In this document: in pieces, positions 23,519 to 37,707 of the stretch
How positions within the stretch are numbered: position 1 is the stretch's first letter
Layout of the letters: every line of letters begins with the position of its first letter
Source: Eledone cirrhosa
Lineage: Eukaryota
DNA length: 64,000 bases
Assembly (NCBI GenBank): GCA_964016885.1
Contig: OZ024742.1
Span: 298,158,001-298,222,000, forward strand
Direction: 5' to 3'
The notes under the pieces: generated by a model
Database searches by the model: none
Seen by the model: the letters and a program-made list of their open reading frames with translations, nothing else
What the model was told of the DNA's origin: nothing
Translations under genes and position numbers: made by a program

Positions 23519-24632
23519 GATTATAACAAATTTTTGTTAATTTCAACTTTTCAAAAAAACAAAAAAAAAAGAAATTGATTTCCTTCAACTTTTTAATCAA
23601 TAGGTACTGATTTAATTCTAAGTTAAAGCTCTAAAAGTTGTTGAAATTCCCACTTGAATCACTTCAAAGATTGTAGAGAGTTTCTTTAATTTTATTTAAT
23701 ATAATGTAGAATTGAATCAAAGAAATGTACTGCTCTTGCTTTCACTTCACAAGTGGAACAATATAAAGCCAACTGTAAGTAGGTCAAATTTAAGAACCCA
23801 CGCATATATGCACAGACACAAAAACATATACCCACATAGATACACATAATGAGACATACATATATACACAAAAATGCCATGATTTACACCCAAATACACA
23901 CACATATATGCACACATACACATTGTATGTTATTGAATAGATAGGAGGTAAAACTTAAGAACACATGCATATACACCCATAAAAATACATACTCACAAAC
24001 ACATATATACAAAGATATACCCCAAAACAAGCATATGCATACACAAGGATACACCCTAAACCACACACAGATATATTGTTTATGTGATTAAACAGAGAGT
24101 AGGTCAAACCTAAAAATACACACATATATACTCACACAAATATATACACAGGAATCCACACACATTTTTGCAACCAAATAGATTAAACTTAAAAACATAC
24201 ACACAAAACACAATTGCATGCATGCATACACACACACACAGCATTATATACCAAAACACATACATATACATTGTCTTTGCTGCCACATAGATGTAGTACT
24301 TTATAGCTTATATAAGTAAGTAATGCAGTTTAAGTCATCAACAATGTTATAAGTTTAGCAGGAGAAAAAAAAAGAAAAAAGAAAGAAAATATATACAAGT
24401 AAAAATGAAAGATTGTAGAATATTTCTTAAGATTAATGTTTTTAGCTAAGCTGATTAACTAGTCTGTCTTGTGTAACAAATATAAAAATGGGTAAAAGAA
24501 AAAACAAACCCACAAAGAATAGGAATATTTAATATTAATGGTTCAGTTATGGAAAATAAAAGATGAGATAGCAGTGAGATTAGAAGAGCATTAGAAAAGC
24601 CGGGATGATTCCTTAGATGGTAAATGAATTAT

Positions 24633-24679
24633 GTCACTAAGGTTTCAAACGTTATAGGCACTAATAATCATCAGGTAAC
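24633..24679 (-). ncRNA. Degenerate minimal hammerhead motif (Penelope-type)
   Basis: Minus strand reads GUUAC-CUGAUGA-(loose stem II)-GAAA-CCU-UA-GUGAC. Confidence 0.45.
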
Positions 24680-24895
24680 TTGCTTGTCAGAGTAGACACA
24701 GCTTTGATGCCCTTTTTACTTATGAAATACATTGCCTTGGATGAGGAGTAGAGCCAAGTCCTAATGTAGAAGTATTTTATACAACTAGCAAGAACACTTA
24801 AAGGAAGATTTGTAAACCACAAGCAATTAAAAATTGCAGCAATTGTGGATCATACCACCATACTAAGTCTTGGCCATTATATATGAAGAAAGGCT

Positions 24896-25139
24896 TTAAT
24901 TCTTTTTCTTACAATATTTCTAGCAAAAGACTTTGTCTATAATTTTGATATCGTTTTGAAAATAATCAAGAATTAAATAATCAAGAATATAATCAATTTT
25001 CTCATTATTAAGCTGGTGTTTAGAATATAAAGGGTTTTACATGAAATTATGATGGAAGGTTTTTAGATAAATATAAACATTTTAGAGTAAGTAGTTTTGT
25101 ATTGTAGAACCAAAGTGCATTTAGTATCAAAAGGGTTAA
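24896..25139 (-). mobile_element. TTAA MITE family 1
   Basis: Ends GTATCAAAAGGGTTAA, and the body is homologous to 54430-54689. Confidence 0.8.
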
Positions 25140-25597
25140 ATGTTGACTTGAATAGTCAAACTTTTCAGCGTAAAGCTCCTTATGTATATAAGGTTTAATG
25201 AAATAGAAATAAAAGTAACTTGAGTAAAGTTAGAGCTTAATCATTTACTAATCGATTGCACATTTAGATAGTAAAGATGTTAGCTAAATAACAACACTGC
25301 CCAATCACCATCATTAATCCTCACATTTTTTCTATGCTGGTATGTGTTGGATGACATTTTTTGAGGCAGTGTTTTACTGTCAAATGTCCTTACTGAGACC
25401 AACTCTTAGTTGTTTTAAGTAAAATATTTTATTCCACAAGCCTTCACATGTTAAAACACTACACTAAGTTGTGGGAAAGTGTTTATTGGGGACAGCCCAT
25501 ATATATATATATAATTTATTAAGGCTGATCCAGTAACCTGTTACTCTAGGGTTTTTCCAGATTGATAAATACCTTAATAATCCACCAATTTCTTCCT

Positions 25598-26310
25598 TAT
25601 CTATCTAGGGCGGGTAAAATTCCTGAGATCCATGGATGAGTCCTCTCCAGCGGTCTCTGTCCCTCTTCGCCGCTGCCATGTCCTGTGTCTCCAAGAGACC
25701 AGTGTCTGACCTTAACGCATCAACATATGTCAACCTCGGTCTTCCTCTTCCAGTGTGTCCATGCAGGGGCTCCCACTGGAGCACTGAGTGTAATGTCAAC
25801 TCTGAATGTCAGTGAGCATGCATGTCCAGCTAACCTCAGTCTCCTCTGTGCTACTTTCAAGCTGACATTTGGGAGGCTCTCATACAGCTCTGAGTTCTTC
25901 ATCCTCAGTGTATACTGATTAATGTTCAGAGCCATCCTCAGCATTCTCGTGTAGCACCCATCCACCATCCGAGTGAGTTTCTTGGTCATTGTCCAAGTCT
26001 CAGATCTGTACAGCAGCACAGACTCCACTACAGCAACGAAGAGATGGATCTTCAGATCTTTACCAATGTCTGACTTCCACACAGATCTCAAACTGTGGCA
26101 CACCGCCCAGACTTTGCTCTTCCTCTTGACCACATCATCTTCTGTATTCCCAATCTTTGCTTCCAGATACAGGAAGTCCTCAACCAATTCTAGCGGCTTC
26201 CCACCTACATTAGTAATCTTCTCTGGCTTCTTAATATTCTCTACCAGATACTTCGTCTTAATCTCATTCATTCTCAGCCCCACACTCATTGACACAGTTT
26301 TCAACTCCTC
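25598..26310 (-). mobile_element. 3' part of a second RTE-like LINE family
   Basis: GLRMNEIKTKY...DFLYL...VESVLLYRSETWT...DGCYTRMLRMALNI...RRLRLAGH...LQWEPLHG...RGRP. Confidence 0.9.
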
Positions 26311-27312
26311 TGTCTCCTACACAGATATATATGAACACGACAGTTGTTATTTACTAAATTTCCCATTGGTTAGCCTAAGGCCATACTAGAAAACTCTTGC
26401 CAAAGTTCCAATTGAGGATATAGTTCTTTGACCCATCTAGTCTCAGAGTGTAACAACCCATCCAACCCATACTAGCATTGAAAACAGACATATGATGAGT
26501 GTGATGATGATGATGAAATCCTTCTGTGAACAAAATATCAAATCACTATTTCACTAAACAAATATGACAGCACAATATTATCTATTTAACTTAAGAAGAA
26601 GAATATTTTTTTAATACTTCCTGATTTTCTTTTAGCTCTGTTGACATTATCCATTCTTACTAAATTAGAGAAATACAAAAAAATATTTCTAAGTCTGTGT
26701 CAGAGGTTATAATGTTCACCTCAAGATTTATCTTCTATCTCCCTTATATTCAACTATAACCAAGGGTTGTAGTCCTGAAAAGCATGATTGACTGTAAGTG
26801 TAGTCTTCTACTTCAGACATGACTAGTCTTTTGACTTTCTATAAAAGAAATATTTATTAGTACTTTGTCACATATAATAAATAACTTAATCCTCTCTTTA
26901 CTACTAGATGACCCAGTGGAAATCCTATGTCTTAATTAGAAACAACCATGAAATATCAAAAATCAATATATATATTGGTGAGGACGGTGAAATTGGACAC
27001 ATCGCCTCTGAAACCTATGCTAATGGAGGTCACCCACCTGGTCAAATCTCACCACATTTGCCATACATTTAAAACATCAGACCTTCTTTTTCTATCCTCA
27101 GAGATGGCTTTTCAGTTGTGTCGAAGATATGACAACCATGCTAATGCTGGTATCATGATAAAATGTACTTAGTAAAGTGCAGGACTGTATGTAAGCAAGA
27201 TGCAAGTTCCCAGGTCAGGAGCCTTGCTTGAGTACTGACTTGTTCTGGGAAAATGGACCTTAAATGATGTTGATGATTATATGTATGTATAATCGTCACC
27301 ATCATTTATATA

Positions 27313-27327
27313 CACACACACACACAC

Positions 27328-27404
<77 letters not shown>
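27313..27404. repeat. (CA)n microsatellite
   Basis: Seen directly. Confidence 0.97.
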
Positions 27405-27413
<9 letters not shown>

Positions 27414-27921
27414 AAACTAGTATATACCATGCTAAAATATTAAATGATTCAGCATAGATATAAATATGAATATAGTGTTGAAAATGTCCACATAACTTCT
27501 ATTTTAAATAAAAGCAATGATACAGAAAAATATGAGGGAACTGGTAAAAAAAAAAAATATCATGCAATCAAAAAGGAATTGCATAAAACATTGAAATTGA
27601 AAAGATCAATGGAAATTGAAAAGATCAATGAACATGTTTATAGGAATATTAAACTAACATCTGACATTAAACTGCATATATTCTTTATTTCTACTCAACC
27701 AAAAACATTTATTTATTTCACAAATCTATACTAAATGTTAGGAAACAATTTCAATGTTGATTGATTAGATTTTCGTCCCTGGGAATTGTAAAGATTTAAC
27801 CAGGATTCATAGGAGTTCCATATTACCATCAGTCATACACCTTAAAAGAAAATCAAAGCAGCTAGGATAAAATTACCGATTCATGCTAATTTCAACAATT
27901 CGATGTAATTTAGAAGAGTTA

Positions 27922-28377
27922 ATCATCATTTTTTGTCAATATTTCCATGCTTGCATGGGTTGGACAGGTCCTTTACAGCACACCATATCTCCACTGACAT
28001 TCCTTCATCATCTCCTATGTGAGTTTCAGTAAAGTGAGATCAGCTCTCACCATCTCCACCCATGTCTTTCTTGGTCTACTTCTGCTGCAGTATCCTTCCA
28101 ACTGGGATTTACTGGCACTTCATCAGCAGTCATCATCCATGCAGATCACATGCCCATGACAACACAGTCTTCTCTCTTGCACACCACTTTGGATTCCTCT
28201 GAAACCGAGTTTTTCCCTTAATTCATCCAAGGTTTGCATTTCTCTCACATTTACATTGCACATCCAATGAAGCATAGTTGCTTCATTTCTCTCCAGCCTA
28301 CACATGTCCTCCGCAGTCACTGCCCATGTTTCATTACCATGTAGCAGTGCACTTCACACACAGGCATCATACAGCCA
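27922..28377 (-). mobile_element. RTE 3' fragment
   Basis: YDACV*SALLHGNETWAVTAEDMCRLERNEATMLHWMC...RRLCCHGHV, followed by the tail. Confidence 0.88.
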
Positions 28378-28442
28378 TATAAGACAAATTAAATGTTCCT
28401 CCATTGGTTTCAATGATGAGTGTTCCACAAAGTAGTGTACTT

Positions 28443-28586
28443 TTAACCCTTTCATTACACTATTTCTAATGAAGGACATTACCTATAATCTTATAGGTGG
28501 AGTATTAATATAAACACTTTCAAGCAAACATATTTGTATCATAGAAAAAGAGGTCCTTTCAGTAGGTTTGATATCAAAAGAATTAA
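28443..28586 (-). mobile_element. TTAA MITE family 1, internally deleted
   Basis: TTAACCCTTTCATTAC...ATCAAAAGAATTAA. Confidence 0.75.
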
Positions 28587-29916
28587 TGTAATTCTCAGGG
28601 AAGAGTCTGCCTGGCACAGTTATACATAGAAAATAATAACTTTATCATTTGCTCTTATAGGTCTACACACTATGCTGGGTTTCCTGCCACATTACATCTA
28701 GAGAATCAAATATCATGCTATCCCTTTCTCTTTGTTATCTCTAGAATTTTCAGTCTATCAACAACAAACCACATTAACAAAATAGATGCAATATGGCCTG
28801 CCAGGCACATGGTAGCATACAGCCAAAATCTAGAGATCTAGATGCAAGTGTGGTATATTGGTAGGACAATATATATAAGATACTCTTGAATTTTCAACTT
28901 ATGATAAAATTTGGATGGTGCATAGAAAAGTAAGTCTATGTAACAGTAATAATACCACTCATGATTATAATGAAGCCCATCCCTTGATACCATTTAAGTA
29001 GCATCCATAAACAATTTGAGCAAAAAAGCAAAATATTATTTTGTACACTGAATAACTTCCAAGATTACAGTTATAAACTGAAATAACAGTCGCACCTGCT
29101 AGCCTTATTGTCTTCCTTCTTATCAACAAAACCAGAGAATCACAAATACGACTAACCATCCCATTTAACAATATAAACAAAAATGCTAAAAAGTGAACTG
29201 GTGAGAAATGTTTGTTTTAACATATTTTATATCAATTCTCAAACCGGATTTGAATCCAGAAAGTAAAAGAACTCAACAAAGTATTTATGGGGTGATGCAT
29301 TCATTGTTGTATCCAAACATTCTCAATAACTTTCTTTTAATGGAAATCATTAACAGCTTCCAAAGAAAAGGGAAATATTTTCAATAATTTCTTTTTTTTT
29401 TCAAGGTGACAACTAAATTATGATTTTTAAATGAAACAAAAAGAAATAAGAAAGGGGAAGAAGAAAAAAAAAAAAAGGGAGAGAGGTTGGAGGACAGACT
29501 CTACACCTGTCTGAATGGTGATTCAGCCATGCCCCGCAAACAGAATGGCAAGGTCACTGCTATGGAGAATGACCAGTGACACCTACATCAAAACCTAGCT
29601 CGCCTTGTGGAGCTCTTTCCTCATGTAGGCTGCTGTCTTTCCAATTTTATGGAGGAAATCGCCAGTGCAGGGACTGATGACATCAGAGGTATTGGCAGCA
29701 ACCGGTCCAAAAAAGAAGCAGTCAGTTAAGAAAGGAAAAATTGATTATGGAAAATTATTTCCTAATTATTTCTATATTTCCTGAGATTATCTCCCCTTTT
29801 TGAGAGTTGCTAATAACCACCAGGCTTTTATTTTCTTTCTCCAATTTAAAGAGACATTTTAATTAATTGAGAATTTATTGCATATATCATCATAATTCAC
29901 CACCTATTAACTTGTA

Positions 29917-30169
29917 TTAACCATTTTGTTAGCCTATTTCTAAAGAAAGATAATGCCTCTGATTTTCAAATATGTTCGTTAATAATCAAGAATTTTGAGG
30001 GAATTCAATAGCAACTAAATTTCTCATTATTAAGCTGGTGTTTGGAACAAATATTCTGATATTAAATTGTGATGGAAGATTTTTAGATAAATATAAACTT
30101 TCGAGAACAAACAGGCTTGTATCATAGAACACAAGATAGTTTCAGGCAGATTGGTATCAAAAGTGTTAA
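29917..30169 (-). mobile_element. TTAA MITE family 1
   Basis: TTAACCATTTTG...GGTATCAAAAGTGTTAA. Confidence 0.82.
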
Positions 30170-30611
30170 ACTATATTGAAAAGATCTCCAGAAAATGGCA
30201 ATAAGAACAAAATAAAGAAAATATTATGACATCTACACTTTTCTACTAATGAGGATATTTAGGATTCTCTATGTAAGCAATGTTTTCTTTATAAATGTCT
30301 ATTTCTTTTACTACATTGACAGTAAATTATTAAAATTCTTGCATTGTGCCCAGCGAGGTTAGTTCTATCACAAACTGGCTTTTAACTAAACAGCAATGAA
30401 ATATATTAACTGCTGCACATGTTTACTTCTCAGAGAATATCTTAACATATTTATGAAGAATAAAGATTAAGCCAACATTTGTATTATGAATTGTCAGTAA
30501 ATGAACTTCCATTGGTTTCAACAATGAATGTTCCAGTTATTTGCACAATGAAATGGTCTACACATTAAATTGATATGTATGAAGATAAGTATTCTACAAA
30601 CACATGTAGAC

Positions 30612-30835
30612 TTAACCCTTTTGATACCAAACCACCTGAATATACCAATGGTTCTATGATACAAAGCTGTTTGTTTTAAATTTTTTATGTTTATCTAAAA
30701 ACCTCCCATCATAATTTTATGTAACGATATTTGTTAAGTTATGCTCCGAACACCAGATGATTTTTCAAAAATTTAGTTATTTTACAATATCCCTCCATAT
30801 TCTTGGTTCTTTTCATTAGAAATATGTTTTTTAAA
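30612..30835 (+). mobile_element. TTAA MITE family 1
   Basis: TTAACCCTTTTGATACCAAACCACCTGAA...GGTTCTATGATACAAAGCTG. Confidence 0.82.
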
Positions 30836-31210
30836 GTGGGATTCATGAAGACACTGAGTGACAGGCAGTGCCAGGCTAAATTGTTGAGTGTATAAAATGT
30901 TGAACTACTAAATCAATGTATAAACTCAAACTGGCTGAATACTGTTCTCCATGCCAATTTAAACTATACTTCAATAGTTGTGTCAAGATTCTCTGTACTA
31001 TACAACATACTAGTTAAACTAAGATGTCAGTGATAGAATCGAGATTCTCTGTGAAAAGGTTTAAAATATGGATCACTATCAAATCATCATCATCATAATC
31101 ATCAGAAAATGGACATTAAATGATGATGATGATAATTTGATACATATATCCTACATCACAAAAAATCAAGCAAACTAATATTTATTACAGAAGTACATGG
31201 GAATAAATAT

Positions 31211-32004
31211 TGTTAGTTCTTTCGTTACTTTGGTATTGTGTGTTAGATTTTGCCTCCCACAATGTTCAATCTGTCAAGCTATTTAAACGTATGTTATTAC
31301 TCCTTGTCGAGTGCTTTGCTAACTCATTCATATAGTAGGTCGAGTTTGTTTGCACACCGCCAAAGATTCAATTTTACTAAGCCTCCAATTATATTATTTT
31401 CTCCTAGGTTTAATAATTAACTAATTAATTTAATTAGACAATTCTGTTGATTGGTTAATTATTTGTGTTTGTTTAATAACATCTGGTCGAGAGCTTATTC
31501 TGAAAGTTAGCGGAAATATAATATTTCCTTTGTCTAACACTTTGAATGACCCGCCAAAAACTGGGGGTTATTTCCCTTGTTGGAAATAACACGTGATAAC
31601 TAAAAATCCGATTCGCTGCTGCTAGCTGCAACATTTAGTATCTCACTCCGTTCTTTGGTAGAATGAAATCATGTTGATGAAATGAATCCTCTGTTCGATC
31701 ATGAATTCCACGAGCTTGCCAGTTATGTAAGTCTGATATTTGATTTTGGATTCATAGAAACACTTTAAACGTATAACGTTTGATTTGTCCAGGTGTATTT
31801 TTCTCAACCTGTTAGTTCTTTCGTTACATTGGTATTGTGTGTTAGATTTTGCCTACCACAATGTTCAATTTGTCAAGCTATTTAAACATATGTTATTACT
31901 CTAAGGACCTACCTTGTCGAGTGCTTTGCTAACTCATTCATATAGTAGGTCGAGTTTGCTTGCACACCGCCAAAGATTCGATTTTACTAAGCCTCCAATT
32001 ATAT
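31211..32004 (+). mobile_element. About 800-bp non-coding element with 184/195-bp direct terminal repeats
   Basis: 31211-31394 and 31810-32004 are near-identical, and the second has an extra 11 bp. No ORF lies between them. Ends in (TA)n. Confidence 0.7.
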
Positions 32005-33138
32005 ATATATATAGCTATCTATCAAAGAGGGTTCAACTTGAACAATGGCCTTTTTATTAATAATTAATATTTCATATCGTTATTATTACTATTATTATTA
32101 TTATTATCGATAAAATAAAGTACCAGTAATGCACTGGGTAATTGCTGGCCTTGTGCCTAAAGTAGAAACAATTATTATTATTATTATTAGGTCAAGTTTG
32201 CCTTTTGTCGTTTCAGGTTTGAAAAAATAAAGTACTTATGAAGAACTGGGGTTTATTTGACTTTCCCCTCCCACCAAATTGCTGACCTTGTGCCGAAATT
32301 AGAAAACATTATTTTAACAGTATATAATAATCACATGTAAAATACAAAATAAATCAGTTTTACTTACAAAGGATTTTTATAACACAATTTCTTCTGGGTA
32401 TTTCAGCTTATGATTTTGTCCTGTTATTACATTTATTTCTGTTTTGATTTATGAAGAGCTATATTTCCATGTCCCCTTTGTTATTTAGCCTGAGAAATAC
32501 TTGTTCTGATATTATAGTCTTTTATATTTCAGCATCTCTAGTTTAGACTTGTAAACTGTTTTGATTGATAAACAGTTCCTGAACTGATAAAACAACTGAG
32601 TCTCACAGAAGTTATAGAAGCCATAAAGAACTCATTAATCTACAGGTGTTGATTGAAACTAAAAGATAATTTAAGTATTTCAGAGAAAGTTTACTTCATA
32701 TTAAATGTCTCTGGTGAGTTCATACCAAATATTTATAAAACAATTTATAATCCATGTTATGGGAGAAGATCTGAACTAACAAGTGATAGCAAAGATGAAC
32801 CCTTACATTTAAGCTACAATTGATGAAAATAGTGTTGTCAACTTTTTCTGGTATAAAACCACAGTAGACTGTATAGGAAGATATATATGCAGACAGAAAC
32901 AAAGTCTGTGTTTAACTTAATACTTGCAAATGTGGCTAATGCATATGCATGCATTCAAAAGCTAATAAATGGTTATAGATATATGCTTTTCTTAAATGTA
33001 AAGGCCATGGTGGCAGACATGGTAATAAAATGAAATATTGTCCTCAATGAAAATAAATGCTGCTAACAGCTTCAGTGTTGGATACAAAGCTGCATACAAA
33101 CATATTGTCTAGTAATGGAAATACAGTGCAATTAACTG

Positions 33139-33198
<60 letters not shown>
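33139..33198. repeat. (TAA)n microsatellite
   Basis: Seen directly, immediately upstream of a Dong-like LINE relic. Confidence 0.95.
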
Positions 33199-33199
<1 letters not shown>

Positions 33200-33201
<2 letters not shown>

Positions 33202-35660
33202 TATATTAAGTTACAAAGGAAAGTGGTTACTCCCTCAGATCTACTCATATAGGAATATCAAAACCCAAAGAAACAAAGTGGAAAACAAATAGAAAAAGAT
33301 TGACAATAATAGGAAAGATTTTTGATTCCTGAATGAAATCAATAACGAGAGGACAGAACAAAACAAAGGAGAGACAAATAATACATAATTATAACAACTA
33401 AAAAAAAGAGAATAATATATCTGAAATCAAAGAACACTTGAAATGAGAGATCCTGGTTGAAAGACTCCACTGATATGGAAAATGAAAAACAATTTTTTGA
33501 GTAAAAAACAAAACAAAACAGATAATTTTATCAAGACCTATCTATATACCAGCTATAGTTAAGGTGTTGAGATAAGTGCAAGAAATCTAGGAAGTAATAT
33601 GGACAGTGAAGGAGTCGCCATTGGGAAAATTATTCAAAATAACATGAATCTGAAAACCTGAGTGGGTTATAACGACACAACAGACACTATGAAAATAATT
33701 CACAGCAAAAACACATAAAAAACGCCAGAACATGATATAATCAAGTATCCCTAATACAAATGGTTTTCAGTTATGCAAATACTACAGAAGAGGTGTTTTG
33801 TAAGATACTGACAGGGCAGGATCTAAAACTTGACTAGCTCACTGCAAAGAAATCTACCATAATATCCAAAACTAAAAACCCAAAACAAAAGATAATAATA
33901 ATAATAATAATAATAATGAGCAAAATCTGAAATTGACATACCTGTAATCTACCTTCTTACAGCTTACAATGCCTTAATTGTAATAACACCTTAGATAATA
34001 GATAGACATCTAGTAAAACAAACCCTGTTTCCAGAGGAGCAGAAGGGATAGATGTAAAGATCAATACAGTCATAATCAAAAAAAGAAAAGTCTGAGCATG
34101 GCATGGATTGACTACCACAAAGTCTTTGACAGTATTCTCAACACAAGGATCATGGAAATATCAATCAGATTGATGTAGTATCAGTAATCCTCATCATTTA
34201 ATGTCTTTTTTCCATACTTGCACCAGTTTAATGGGTTGTCACGTTATGAGACATTCAGGTCAGGAGACCACATCTTGCACATATGGATCTGTATTTTGGC
34301 TTCGTTTCTACACCTGGATATCCTTCCTCATGATAGCAATGTTACAGTGTAGACTGGGTGCTTTTTTACCAGGGAAACAAAATAACCATAAACAGATGAA
34401 TTAAACATATCAAGAGTAAATAGTAAACTATTCTGCAAATACAAATAAAAGAAAAGAAATTATAAAACTAAACCCCAGTGGATTAGAAGAAGAATATTCC
34501 AAGAGAACTACCCTCTTTACACTTTTTCTGTCTGAAAATTCACATCTTTAATCAGCATGTTAAACCAAATAGAACAAAAACGATACATTTTTATAGATGC
34601 CTGTAAACTGAATAGTGATGAAAAACAACTAGAAACACTGTTGCAGAGAGTATATAGATTTACCAGAGGGATTGGTATGAGATTTGGATTAGAAAAGAGT
34701 GCCAAGGCAATCATGTAGAAAGGAAAAACCAATTAACAACACTAGTATAATACAAGATAAAAAAGCAGACAGAAGTGAATTAGATTAAACGCACACTTAA
34801 AATACTTAGGAATCAATGAATTAAACAGAGTGTCACAAACACAAATGAATAAAAATATCAGGAAGAATATGACAAGTATATAGAACAAAATTAAATGTAA
34901 AAATCAAAAGAAAATCAAGTAATAGACATCAATACTAGAGCAGTCCCAGTAATATGAGTAAACAGAAAAACTAAGAAAAGCAGTGACCACTTTCAGAAAA
35001 ACATTACCAAAAATCTGATATAGAAATATTGTATTCATGATAAATAGAGAGATAGGAACCTTCTGCAACTCGATAACTATTATAAAATAAGCCCTTGTAG
35101 AATGATTGAAATGTCTACTAAAGAATAATGTGAAAACCAATAGAAATAGATAAAAGCCATGAGCAAACCATAAAACTATCTTCTGCCTCAAGAAAGTAAA
35201 AAAAGAATACAAAGCAAAGACTGAAATGATAGATTCGTGAGAAAAAAGGAAAAACAAGAGAAAATATGAAAAAGTTTTAAATGTGGCTACAGAAAGTCAT
35301 GCTAAAGTAATAACATGAGAAGACCCTACATGACCAATACCTGAAAAAACTGGACAGGTTAGAAAAAAATCATAACACTGGCTGAAATGAAAAAGTTTCA
35401 ATCTGAAAGATTCTTGATTATAATTCAAGAACAAAGCCTTCATACCACAAGATACCAAAAGTATGCAATAAAGCAGAATACATTAAGCAACTGAAATATA
35501 TGAGGAAACTAGGAAAAATCAGTTTGTTATATTATCTATGGCTGCTAAATCTTAGCCATGAAAAAATGCATGATTTGAAAGTATCATACACTGGATGTTA
35601 AGCAAGCCTTATGAAATACTACCAGAAATTAGGTGGTATACACCAGAATACATCTCAGAG
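33200..35660 (+). mobile_element. Highly decayed R4/Dong LINE
   Basis: PEEQKG...CKDQ...LSMAWIDYHKVFDSI (about 34030-34140), QLETLLQRVYRFTRGIGMRFGLEKSAK (about 34625-34710) and FLIIIQEQSL (about 35410). Interrupted by a SINE-tail piece near 34190-34370. Confidence 0.75.
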
Positions 35661-36643
35661 AATAATTCTACAAGAGTTATGTAATTGCTGAATTGGAAAG
35701 CAAGTTATTTGAATAGACCAGCATCAAGTCTACTCCTATGGTTAACTATTAACTTTATTATATATTATGCCTCAATATAAGGGGGTAGTCACTTGAAAAT
35801 AAAATCAATATATAGTGAAGAGAGCCCTTAGTCTTGTCTCAGAATTTCCCTATAAATGGAATCATGATAAATGCATTGACTACTCTAGTAACAGAAAGGT
35901 CAGGAGCTAAACTTAAATAAACATATTTATAAGTGTATATTCTTTAAGTATATATATATCTGTAGAAACTCAGCACACTCTGTAAACTGGTAATACTAGT
36001 GCCATGATAAAATGCACTCAGTACACTGTTATATGGTATAGTTCTGGTGCTATACCACTTGATGCAGCCAGAACAATCTGCAAAATGGTTGGTGTAGAAA
36101 TCATGTAGAAATATGGAATATCTGATCAAGATGTGGTTTTCAACCCATCTAGCCATAGAGTTAGATGACTTTTCCAATGCATGCCAACAGGGAAAAGGAG
36201 CCTAAAATGATGGTGACTATGATGATGATGAAAAAAGTCTCTTTCATCAAAATTCAAGAATCTTAGCAGTCACAAGAAATTTCTTCCATCCCAAACTTCA
36301 ATTGTCCAGACAGATTAGATTCTCAGAACCCAATTGAAAGTGTCTCTCTATTTCCATGGCAAACAACATCAATAACTGAAGTTTATTGCTTAAACATCAA
36401 ACTGAAGAACGCTAATAATAATAATTACACCAATAATCAAGATATAACAGCAGTTGTAAGTACTGAACCAAGTGTCTGTCTAGAAATTTTTCACTTTCTG
36501 TCAATGCAAACTTATGGTTATTATGATAATTTGCATATCATAATTTTGTCTAACTCTGAGTGGAAATGTTAGGTTTCGTTCCCCTTCCATCAATGTGTGT
36601 GTGGGGTGGGGTGGGGTGTGGTGCTTATACATATATGTATGTG

Positions 36644-36706
<63 letters not shown>

Positions 36707-37473
36707 TCTTGTATATATGTGTGCGTATAAATGCAAGCGTGGAAAAGCAGATGTAAAAGCAATGATGATGATGATAATGACAACTTGTATATGTGTATAT
36801 GTGTGCGTCTGTGTGTATATATATATATATATATGTGTATTTGTAATATATATTCATATATATGAATGTATATAGCATCATTTGTCTACGCTTGCATGAG
36901 TTAGAATATATATATATATTTATATATATATTTATTTACACACATATATATATATACGTGTGTGTGTGTATGTGTATCAATCTTCAAATGAATATCCTTT
37001 AGGTGGAAAGGTGCAGATACATTGTATATAGTTTGTTATAGTGGACACATCCATCTCTGTAGACATTAATATCAATGGCAAAGTATATTGATTTTTATAA
37101 CAATAAACCTTGCATGAAAGTAATAGATTAATATTTTGAAGATGCAGTTACTGATTATATGGGTTATATACTCCTCACAAAGTTGTGCAGCTGACATTTT
37201 CAACCACCTCTTAGACATTTAGAAGCTGCTCTGCTCTAGTCTGCTCTATCTCTGTATTCGTAATGTATCTTGTAACTATACCCTCCTGTTGCTTAGTGGT
37301 TAAATATTAGAATTCAAATAATGGTGTTGTCAACTGCTACTGGTCCAGGAGATTGGATATATAATTAACCCTATATTGGTTTTGATGATGAGCTTTAGTT
37401 GTTTGATCAAATGAATGTCTAACTCTATGCATTAACATGTAACTAGTTGAGTAATCCACAGGCATATGTACTT

Positions 37474-37707
37474 TTAAGCCATTTGCCATCAAAGCACCTG
37501 AAAATGCCTTAGGCTCTATGATAAAAAAAAATATTTGTTTTAAAGTGCTAACATTTCTCTAAAACCTTCAATCATAATTTTATGCAATACTAACTTAATA
37601 TTAAGAAAGTTAGTTTTATTAATAGATCAAATTCTTGATTATTTTTTAAATGATTTGAAAATTATAAGTAGTGTATTACATAAGAAATATCATTATGAAA
37701 GGGTTAA
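37474..37707 (+). mobile_element. TTAA MITE family 1, inserted in an older repeat
   Basis: TTAAGCCATTTG...TGAAAGGGTTAA. Confidence 0.78.
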
